DNA from: Octopus bimaculoides
Lineage: Eukaryota
DNA length: 64,000 bases
Direction of reading: 5' to 3'
Assembly (NCBI RefSeq): GCF_001194135.2
Contig: NC_068994.1
Coordinates: forward strand, 39,733,882-39,797,881
In this document: in pieces, positions 53,740 to 64,000 of the stretch
How the letters are laid out: every line of letters begins with the position of its first letter
Position numbering within the stretch: position 1 is the first letter of the stretch
Made by a program: the position numbers and the translations under genes
The notes under the pieces: model-generated
Databases searched by the model: none
The model's input: the letters and a program-made list of their open reading frames with translations, nothing else
What the model was told of the DNA's origin: nothing

Positions 53740-53830
53740 GAACAAATAGTTTTCATGAAATTTACAGCTAAAAGCACACTCTGCAGCCACACGTACTGCT
53801 TGGCTTCAATATACATCTCAAGTGAACTTA
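53740..53830 (-). pseudogene. Possible hAT transposase dimerisation-domain relic
   Basis: With one frameshift it reads RCILKPSST/VAAECAFS, resembling the hAT motif IPASSxxSERxFS. Short match, found by eye. Confidence 0.25.
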
Positions 53831-55364
53831 GATTACTTCACTTCTTCACTCAACTAAATGTTTTCTAGCAAGATTTCTGTCTCAATCTGAAAGTATTTTC
53901 CAAGGAGAAATTTCCTAATGATGATAACGCACCTTTGCATATTTCCTGCTGTTTCTCAAAGACATCAGGCAAACTCAGAATTTTTGAGCTACATATCAAA
54001 CTGATCACTTCAAATGACAGCTTCACTTCTCTCTAATTCATTTTATTATACTTAATAACATCTTCATGTAAAATCGAATGTTCATCAACTATAATATATA
54101 TATACAACATTATAACTGAAGCAATTTTCATTTTCAGTCAGCATACAAAAAAAATTAATGTATAAATTCATGACATTAAATTTAATAATAATGTTATGAG
54201 GTGATACATTTGCTTAGAGTTATGAGCTGTTTAGCTCAATGAGGTTAGAGGAAATATATGCTTGGTGTATGAAATACTGTTTGAACTTATATTCATTGAC
54301 TTAGAAATATTATTTAGCATATATTTCTTTTTTTGTTACAGTTTTCATTAACTGTGGTATCAATTGGGGTATTGATTTCAAGGGTTTAGTCTATTATAGC
54401 AAACTATGTACATGTTTTAGCATAACATTAATGTCATTTCTCCCTATTTGTCAAAGTACTATGTTGCAGGGCATAAAAAGACCCAACATGGAGAAAAACT
54501 GCTTTTAAATAGGTGTAATCTTTAATACAGACAAGGACACATATACACTACACACACACATATTCCTATTTAATGTATGTGCATATGGTAATGATTAACA
54601 AACAGTTATAGTGGATAACACTTGACCAAGACAGGTGCCATACAGTGAAATAAAATGAGAAACATATAGCTGCAAAACGAACTTCCCAACCACTCATCAG
54701 CTGAGCAAAAGCTATTACTTTCAAAGGGTCTACTATCTGTATGTGATTCTGGGAAGTTCCAGGGCATAAAATTTTTTATAGTGAATGATGAATTTACAAA
54801 ACTGCTTTCAGTTTTCAAACAACAGCTTTCCTATCAGTGAAAGCACATTGTCTGGGACAGTTTGAAACTGAACAATCTACAAGTTTTACACACAGTATTC
54901 TTCACCTACACATGTGGCTCATCAAGAACTCAGGGGCCATCACTGTATCAATGGGGTCTTAGAGATCATTCATTTTCAATGCACAAAGATAAAACATACA
55001 CAACATGGCTCAGAAACAACGTTTTCATACAACCAGCATGCATGCAACATGCAAACACAACACTCACATGATACAAATACTTTTACAACAGATACATGCA
55101 AAGCACTTCTACAATCAAAGCTAGCTGAAGCTCCAAGAATTTTAGGTGGCAGATCATTAGAATCATTTTAGAGAAGGACAAACTATCTTGCAGAATTCAG
55201 TTTTCTGTACTTTCTTATCAAAAACTGATGAAATCAGTATTTAGCATTTATCCTTTCAAAATGGATGGAATAATGTGCCTGTCCATAACAAAAGATTAGC
55301 AAAATTGTTAGCATATTGGACGAAATGGTTTGTGATATTTGTTCAGGAGTTTCTTTCTTTTCGG

Positions 55365-55730
55365 TTTTTTTGCTTGTTCAAATCATTAAACTGTAACCAT
55401 GCTGGAGCACCACCTTAAAGTGTTTAGTTGAATAAATCCCCAGTAGTGATTTTTTAAAGTCTGGTATTTATTGTATCAGTCATTTTTGCTAAACTGCTAA
55501 TTTACATGGATATAAACAAACCACCACAAATTGTCAAGTGGACAAACACAAAGACACAAACACACACATGTATATATGACAGACTTCTACACAATCTCCA
55601 TCTGCAAAATTCTCTTGATCAGTCTGGGACTATAGCAGAAGATGCTTGCACAAGGCACCACACAATGGGACTGAACCCCAAACCACATGGCTGCAAAGTG
55701 AGCTTCTTAAATACGTAGCTATGCCCATGC
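55365..55730 (-). mobile_element. SINE family A, decayed full length
   Basis: accatgctggagcaccacc tail, aaactgctaa, caaggcacc..gggactgaacc head. Confidence 0.8.
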
Positions 55731-55829
55731 CATCCATTTTTTTTAATTCTGAGGCTTTGGGGTGACAGGCTTAATCTTCCACCCTGTTAAGCATTACAAC
55801 CCAGGCTTGGGTGTCTTTAACAGAGATTA

Positions 55830-56030
55830 CTTTTCCAGGTTTGCATGAATTGGACAGAATTTTGTTGAAATGGGTTCTCTATGTCCAGATGTCCTTTCTA
55901 GTGGCAACCTTCACCTGTTTCCAAATAAGGTAATATTTTTGCTATAATCAAACATGTTTCCACAAAAGATTGGGAATGAAACAATGCTGCTTGCATTTAC
56001 ATCTATCACATGATGTCAATACAAGGAAAC
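55830..56030 (-). mobile_element. Decayed RTE-tail-related repeat
   Basis: ccagatgtcctttctagtggcaacc resembles the ctggatgcccttcct motif. Confidence 0.45.
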
Positions 56031-56055
56031 AGAAATACACACACACATATATCAG

Positions 56056-56217
56056 ACAGACTTCTTTCAGTTTCCATCAACTAGACACCTTCACAAGGCT
56101 TTTGTCAGCCCAGCACTATAACAGAAAACACTTGCCTAAGGCACAACACAGTGAGATATAACATGGAACTTTATGGTTGTGAAGCAGACTTTTTACTGCA
56201 CAGCCATGCCTGCACCT
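56056..56217 (-). mobile_element. SINE family A, 5' half
   Basis: gacttctttcagtttcc...cacagccatgcctgcacc. Confidence 0.8.
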
Positions 56218-57514
56218 ATAATGAGTACTTTTTTCAATTGTCAACCATGAAACTTTATGCACCTGAGCACTTCTTAGGAGAATAGACAAAGGTGTTTACA
56301 AATAGTTTACAAATGATGAGGTATTGCAAAGTATATAAGACTATGGTGAAGAAAATCAGCTGGAGGCTTAGGTCATGAAAATGTAATATAGACAACATTA
56401 TCCAACTTGTCCTTCTTTAAGATGATGTGATGTTATTGACAGCTACATAGAGACTGCCTCATTGATTTGACAGCCAATAAAATGTGATAATTCTGAAGTT
56501 ATTTTATATTGCATTCAGTACTTGAGTCCTTCAGTTCTTAAAGCTTTCTGTCAATAAGCATATTTTGAATTTGTAGGCCTGATCTATTCCTTCTTTCTAG
56601 TCCTTTATATTACAGTGGCCTCAAACCTTGCTTGGGAAAAAATTGTTAAAAAGAAAAACAGAAATGAGAATGAGAACAATGGTTGTTGGTTGCAGTTCTT
56701 CCAGTGGACAAATCATTGGTTCATTGCATGTTCAATAATAAGAGTGATTACGAATAATTTTTGCCAGTTGGGTGGAATGAATATTACCACTCGTTATTTT
56801 TGGGGTTTCTTAAAACAAAAAAATCTTATCAATCTAATTAGGAAGATTATCATAAACATTTCATAGTTTCCTTAATATCACAGTTTTCATTTCTCTTAAT
56901 TAGAATGAAAACTTCTTAACTCATTACTTAGTTGCCCACTTTAATCATAAAGCTAAAGACAGTGCTCCAGTATAGCCATAGCCAAGATGGCTTAAAACAC
57001 ACTAAAGAACTGTGTGTGTGTGTGTGTGTGTGTAGCATTTTCAAACATAGAGAGAATATGACAAAAACATGAGCAATGATTTATTTTCATTATTTGAAGA
57101 TCAGTGCAGCTACAAAACTTGAAATACATTTAAAATACATTTAACTTACAGCAATTTTAATGTTCATAAATATATTTAAAAAAAAAAAAAACTGGATTGC
57201 AAAGATTTTTAAAGCATGTCAGTTATGGTTCACAAAACTCTAACAGAATATTCTTAAAAGATGCATGTGTACAATATGCGAAAACAGCAAGAAGTTTTGA
57301 AATAAAGTTAAAATGAACATGCTCCTATGTTGCTATATATTATCTTAATTTGATTATAGCCTTACATGTAACAACACAAGGGAGTAGATGTCTTTTCAGA
57401 GATGTGTATGAGATAACAATTTTCTTCTACTAGAAATAGAACTTGCATTTTTTTTTTATTTATGTCTTTAGAAAATCACACCGAAACTGGAATTGTTTAA
57501 GAATCTCATTATGC

Positions 57515-57576
<62 letters not shown>

Positions 57577-58621
57577 GCATATATGTGTGTATGCAAGTGC
57601 ATGTGCATTCACATAATATATGTAGACATAACTATACATACACACACACACACACACATATATATATACACACATATAATTATACTTATATGTATATACA
57701 TATATAATCATATAAATACATTTGTGTGTGTAACCACATGTGCACACATACTTTTATATTTAATTTCTTTTACATAGTTGCTTCTTAATTAAGAGGTTTG
57801 AATGCTTCATTTTCAAAATTCTTCTCTAAACTCAAATTATAGTTAGCAAACTTTAAATAGGATTTCATCAGGGACTGGTTCATTCATTACTTGCCTAACA
57901 AGATCTCCGATTCAAAGAATTTATCTATGCACTGCTAATATGCTGAATAATTTTCATGTTCACTTTCACAGTTGTACAGCGGTAGGTTAGAAAGACAATA
58001 TGATATAAAATTGTGAAGTGCTTACAGACTGTTTTAATTAATGAATCATTTAATTCCATGATGATTTTAGTGACAATTACTGTATCATTAGATTGTAGCA
58101 TGTTATATGTGTATTTCTCATTATTTAGCAGACGGAAGATTAAGGGAGGCTACCATGACCTTTACAAACCATCTCAAACTGTTGAAATAGATTTGAATGC
58201 TGTTCACCTTGATTTTCTGTAATCTAATACATGTAGAGAAAAATTTGGTAATTTGGGAGCTCCGATCACACACAGTCACTCACCCTACAAGAAATAACAG
58301 TTAAATCTCACACAAATAATACATTGGTTTAAGATGACATGGTAAAGCTGGAGTGCTTTTGATTCTATTCATTTAAGGTTGATCTGAGTCTAAACAACAA
58401 CAACGCATAGCTAAGGAATGAGTTCCAGAAGATAAGGGTGTGTAGCTAGAAGCACAGGAGAAAGTTATAGAGTGAAGGTTTTGTAGAGAGTGTCAAAGTA
58501 TAAATGATAAGTATAGGAGTGGCTGGTGCCATTAGATGCATTTTGCGGAGGTAGTGCATAATTTAACAGTCCAGATAAGCAGATATATTCATTATGAATG
58601 ATAGATGCGACAGAGAAGTTC

Positions 58622-58702
58622 TATATGATGAGGAAAGGTCAATTTGTCAGAAAAAGCAACAAAAAAAATCACTACATCAGATCTAAAAGGCTCTTAAACA
58701 AA
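58622..58702 (+). mobile_element. Short second fragment of the same DD37D element
   Basis: Near-identical to 60803-60881 (tatatgatgaggaaaggtcaatttgtcagaaaaagc...ctcttaaacaaa). Confidence 0.85.
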
Positions 58703-59611
58703 GCAAAGTCGAGTAAGTCATTTGGGGGCCATTCTCATTTCTTACATTCATGTCTTTTTTTTCATTTCTCATTAATGTACTTGTCCAGCCCAGGCTTCTT
58801 GCCATTCTATGTACAACCCTTGTGGCTAATCTAAATGAGATTTGGGGACCATTCTGTGAGACCTTGAGAAATTTAAAGCAGCCTTGGATATATTTGACTG
58901 TTTTTGCCTTTCATTATCACAGATGTCTAAACAACATTACTGCACAGTTTACTGATCAAAGTCTTTTGTTAGCTGATTACAAAAGTTCAGATTTATTAAT
59001 GATTTTAAAAATGTGTGACAAGGAATTTTAATTTTACATATGTTCTCTTATCTGATGTAAAATAAATATATCATTTTGTTTACTTTTATATGTGTTAATC
59101 AAGGCATTCTTTTAGCAAATACATAACTTTTAGCTGTTGATAGTATTATAAAGAGTTGTTCATTTAAAAGAAAAAAATATTCATTTTTGTTGGCTACTTG
59201 GAAAACGTCTATCAAGCTTACATATGTATTACAAGCGACAATATATAAATCTTAAATCATTAACTAGTATAAAAAATATCACAACTAAACAGTGAAGCAT
59301 AATAAATCGTATTGCAGAATATTAACAATGAAAACATAGATGTTTGATACACTATGAACTAAAGTATTCATTTCCATTTGATGATAAGATATAATAAAAT
59401 ATAACATAAATGTAAAAATCCAAAAACATAGCCAGCGCTCATGGGTATGTATGACTTGGTAGCATATACTATTTATTTTAGGTGTCTGTGTAGTCATGAA
59501 CAGCTATTGACACCCCTTGGCCTTTCATCCTTTGACTCCATGAAGCATTGAGGATGTGACCACTAGAGAGAGAGAGAGATGGTGGATGCACTAGCATCTG
59601 ATTGATACCAA

Positions 59612-59725
59612 TTTTCAGCTGATTGAAATAACATAAAGTGAAGTGTCTTGCTTAAGAACATGATCTGCATTCTGGACCATGAATTAAACCCACAACCATA
59701 TGGTACTAGAGATAACTTATTACAT
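59612..59725 (-). mobile_element. SINE family B core fragment
   Basis: cagctga..aagtgtcttgcttaagaaca..aaacccacaacc. Confidence 0.55.
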
Positions 59726-60629
59726 AGAATCCACTTACATTACATTGTACCAAATGTCAGCATTAAGTCTTTTGATATCAGCTTATCTCAGATCATAAAA
59801 CTGGTGCACACATTTAAATTAGTATTAAATTAAAAATAACTATCTACACATCATACTTAATGTATACACTGTATATACAATTTACTGTAGTTTACAATCA
59901 AGATAAAATCTCTTATAGATGTGTTGTATATAAGAACAGAGAGAGATAAAAAAAAAATTGTTCCAGCAATAACCAGCAAGAACAACAGACTAATTTCAGC
60001 CTTTATGGGTTCTGCCAATGATTTGTAATTTCAGTCAGCCATATGCCTGGATGAAATTTGTTTCCTCCCTTATAGGAAATACCAAATGCATTCACTAATG
60101 TTGCAAATAGCTGCCAGACTGAATAAATAATTTGATATAAGCAATTGAAACAGTATAAAACTAAAATAGCCTTTGGAAAAACTGCAGTAACTTGGCTGTC
60201 AATGGTGTATATACATTAATTATAATATATAGATAGCTATAAAAACTTGCATTTTAAAGTGTTTATATTTAAAATCATACTTCTGTCTTAATTTTTTCTG
60301 AGAATATTTTGTTGGATTATTTTCCAAATATCAGCTTGACTCTTAAATATCCACACTTTTGCTGAAGTTTGCTGTCTGAGTGTTTCAATAACTTTTGAAA
60401 ATAATCAAAAATTTAGATGGGTTTAATAAGAAAAATAAATGACTTCTTAATTCTTAGTCTGGTATTTGTAACAACACAAGTTTTGTATATCAAATTATGA
60501 TTGGAAGTTCCATAACGATTTAGAAATATCTTGACTTTTAAAAGTTGCCAGATTTTTCGTCTACAAAATTTGTAAGGAGCTACAGACTGAAGACATAAAA
60601 TGTATCACCAGTATAATTGCATAAAAAGC

Positions 60630-61496
60630 ATTCTAAAGGCTCTGAAATCATCAGAACATGTGAATTTATCCAGCAAGTTCAATAGACCATTGATAAATCC
60701 CAGATTAATCCCAGAAAGTCCATGCGGTCAATTGCAAAAGATCTCCATGTGTCAGAAGAAACAGTCAGAAACGTTGTCCATGAAGACATCAGATATAAGT
60801 CTTATATGATGAGGAAAGGTCAATTTGTCAGAAAAAGCAAAAGAAAATCACTACAACAGATCTAGAAGGCTCTTAAACAAACTGAAAAATCCAGCAGAAG
60901 AAGATTTGATTTGGTTTTTCTCAAATGAGAAAAACTTCAACCAAGATCAAAAGGTTAACAGAAGAAATGACTGATGTGCAGACCCTTCTGAAGTTCCAAG
61001 TGTTTTGCATACAAAATTTCTTGCAACTGTCATGGTTTCAGGAGTTGTCAGCAATGAATGACATGTGATGCCACCTTACTTCTTTCCACAAGGCTTTAGA
61101 GTTAACTCTGCTGCCTACATTGAGGTCCTGGAAATAATTGTCAAGCCCTGAATAGACAGTGTATACAATAAAAGGCCATATGTGTTTCAGTAAGACTCTG
61201 CACTCTCATACATGGCTTTAGTAACACAAGAGTGGATGGCTGAAACTTTTCATGATCACATAACCTCTAACATTTGGCCTCCTAATTACCTAGATCTCAA
61301 TCTATTGGACTATTACATGTAGAGAGTTGTTGAGAAAGCGGTCAATGAACACACCCACAACATCAAAGATTCTTTGAAAGCTGCTATAGTCAGAGAAATG
61401 TCCAAAATGAACCAGGACCACTTGATTTGACCATGTAGATGATTTCGATCTCATATAGAAGCAGTTGTTGAAGCTGAAGATGGTTATATTGAATAA
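60630..61496 (+). pseudogene. Degenerate Tc1/mariner transposase, DD37D (maT-type)
   Basis: Translates to RKSMRSIAKDLHVSEETVRNVVHEDIRYKSY (HTH), WFFSNEK (first D>N, 60924), PYVFQ*DSA (D 61194) and WPPNYLDLNLLDY (D 61308); the last two Asp are 37 residues apart. One frameshift near 60826 and several in-frame stops. Confidence 0.92.
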
Positions 61497-61632
61497 CATT
61501 ATAGAAAAAAATGTTCATTTTTATCCTCATAGCTTTTCTTGATAAATAAAGTTATCTGTTATCATATATCTTTTTTCATAAATATAAATGTCCACAAATA
61601 TATTATCTGTGTATATATTTATGTATGTGTTA

Positions 61633-61663
<31 letters not shown>

Positions 61664-61724
61664 TGTGTGTTTACATATATGTGTGTGTATGTATGTATGT
61701 ATGTATGTATATATGAGTGTATGC

Positions 61725-61936
61725 CTTTGTGCTTGTATTTGTCCTCAAAAACCACTTGATAACTGGTGTTGGTTTGTTTACATCCCCATAACTTAGCAAT
61801 TCAGTAAAAGTAATAGAAGGAATAAGTACCAGATTTAAGAAAAGATAATAATAGGGATGATTTATTCAATTTAAACCTTCAAGGCAGCACCAGAATGGCC
61901 ACAGTCCATTCTGAGGTGCTGAAACAAATAAATGAC
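61725..61936 (+). mobile_element. SINE family A, 3' half
   Basis: ccacttgataactgg..ataacttagc..gaataagtacc..gctgaaacaaataaa. Confidence 0.8.
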
Positions 61937-61974
61937 AAAATATTTTCAAAACAGATTATCTTTTATGTTTTTGT

Positions 61975-62382
61975 CTTTCCTTTGTTTCAATCGTTAGACT
62001 GTGGCCATGCTGGGGCACTGCCTTGAAGGGCTTTTAGTCAAATGAATCGACCCCAATACTTCTTTTTTCCTTTTTAAGCCTAGTACTTATTCTATCAATC
62101 TCTTTTACCAAACTGCTAAGTTACAGGGCATAAACACATCAACACAAGTTGCAAAGCAGTGGTGAAGGACAGAGACAAAGACACAAACACACATACACGT
62201 TTATATATATATACACGCACAATGGGCTTCTTTCAGTTTCCATATACCAAATCCACTCACAAGGCTTTGGTTGGCCCAAGGCTGTACTAGAAGACACTTG
62301 CTCATGATGCCATGTAGTGGGATTGTACCTGGAACCATGTGGTTGGGAAGCAAGCTTCTTACCACACAGCCATGCCAGCACC
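61975..62382 (-). mobile_element. SINE family A, full length, tail-to-tail with the previous copy
   Basis: Best-preserved copy in the window. Confidence 0.9.
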
Positions 62383-63549
62383 TTTTCATGTTTAAAATTA
62401 ATTTAAAAGATACAGACAATGTATTTCATTTGAAAAAGGGTTAAAGAATTTTCATCCGCCTCCTCAAACATACCATACAGTAAGTCATAAATAGATACTA
62501 TTGGAGGTTGGTACACTGGTGATGCCAAACATATACATATATTATATTAGGTAGATTAAATGTCCAGAGATACAACAACAAAGAATTTCATACATCAATA
62601 TTTAAATATCACATTCAACACAAAATCCAAATGGCTAATGCAGTTTAGTAAAAAAAAAAGATCAAACAATTTGACAATAGTGAAAGAGCGAGTTATATTC
62701 TCACTATTAGACGACACTGAATTTTTGAGAGTAAATACATTTCTCAGTTGTGAAAACAGGAAAAAAAAAAAAAAAACGAACTATACTAAAAAAAGCAACA
62801 ACTGTTCATTATGCAGAAAGACAAGCAATATTCTCCACAGAGGAATATATTGACTATTTATTTCTCGAGAAGGCAACAAATATTCACTATAGTGGAAGAG
62901 ATCTCTGGAAATATATATATGTGTGTATGAATGTGTCTGTGTATATATATATATATCAACATATATATGTATATATATATTATATATATATGTGCATGTA
63001 TATTATATATACATATATATTATATATACACATCTATATGTATATATTTATATATATATATATATATATNNNNNNNNNNNNNNNNNNNNNNNNNNNNNNN
63101 NNNNNNNNNNNNNNNNNNNNNNNNNNNNNNNNNNNNNNNNNNNNNNNNNNNNNNNNNNNNNNNNNNNNNNNNNNNNNNTATATTATATATACACATATAT
63201 GTATATGTTTATGTATGTATGTACGTATATGTATGTATCGCTCTGTGTGTGTGCACAGATATATATATATTGCAAGATTGGCATTATGTAAAAATATTAA
63301 AACTTTACCTGAGAGCAAGTTATATATTAAGCATATGGATACATAGAAGTTCTACAGCAGCATACAAGGAAGTTTCAGGTTTGTAATAAATAAGTGAGTG
63401 TATATATTTATTTTAGTAATGTTGTAATTTAGTCTCAACATTAAAGTACCCGATATTTTTATTAGCCAGTATATAATGATAGCTTAAAATAGAATACATT
63501 GTTACTACCTTGTAATAACAAATGTCTCTAATATATATAGAAATAATGG

Positions 63550-63707
63550 CATATGTGTAGAGATATGGTTTAGAAGTTTGGCATATGAAGGCATATTCTG
63601 AGGTTCAATATCACTGCAGGGAACATTGAGAAAAGATCTTCTGGTATAGGCCTGTACTGACAAATATCTTTGAGCGGAATTTAGATAATGCAAACTATGC
63701 AAGAACC
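63550..63707 (+). mobile_element. Highly decayed SINE family A head/core
   Basis: aggttcaatatcactgc..acattgagaaaagatcttct..tttgagcggaatttag. Confidence 0.5.
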
Positions 63708-63775
63708 TAATGAATATATGGCTGAGTGCATGTGTGCATATGTGTATGCATGTCTTTCTGTATATATATATATAT

Positions 63776-64000
63776 CCCTCCCCTCCTTCAAACGAGCCCA
63801 CAACCTACGGGACCTCTTGGTCCACAGCTTCTTCCCCAACCCAACCTCCCAACCTGGCTCGTTCCCCTGCTCCCGCCCACGCTGCCGCACTTGCCCTTAC
63901 CTCTCCAACACCACCCTCCTCACCAGCACCCATCACCGACCCTATCGCATCACCGACTCCTTCACCTGCACGTCTACCAACATCATATATTGCCTCTCCT
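63776..64000 (+). mobile_element. Penelope-like retroelement fragment (RT-linker to GIY-YIG endonuclease), runs off the window
   Basis: Open frame from 63787: FKRAHNLRDLLVHS..QPGSFPCSRPRCRTCPYLSNT..YRITDSFTCTSTNIIYCLS. This is the CxxxxCxxC and FTCTSxNxIYC signature that precedes GIY-YIG in PLEs. 5'-truncated at a (TA)n tract. Confidence 0.88.

Noticed and set aside
54606-54830. Ser-rich minus ORF as a middle exon of the upstream Pcdh
   Set aside because: Acceptor plausible but no convincing donor and no Pcdh tail motif.

Overview
AT-rich animal genomic DNA, packed with microsatellites, SINEs and MITEs, with 11 N-gaps. The protocadherin type and repeat content fit a coleoid cephalopod, most likely Octopus; this is recognised from sequence, not from a database search. 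The one clearly supported protein-coding unit is a minus-strand protocadherin: one large exon (36977/36983-34520) encodes a signal peptide, six cadherin repeats, a TM helix and the proximal tail, and ends at a CAA|GTGAGT donor. A TATA/Inr promoter and a short non-coding first exon are predicted at about 43755-43650. A separate phase-1 terminal exon (50915-50641, ending WDLP..KPLPALP) looks like the tail of an upstream tandem protocadherin. Mobile DNA includes a dead DD37D Tc1/mariner transposase, a mariner relic, mariner- and hAT-type MITEs, a Penelope-like GIY-YIG fragment at the right edge and several tRNA/CORE/RTE-tailed SINE families. The most notable observations are: a coordinated loss of calcium ligands at the EC3-EC4 junction; three hammerhead-ribozyme-like motifs in Penelope-like debris; two opposite-orientation hAT MITEs at the same site of one host repeat; a 4-nt alternative donor that could convert a uORF into an N-terminal extension; a perfect 33-bp hairpin; and candidate antisense exons. 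Nearly all other ORFs in the track are microsatellite or gap artefacts.
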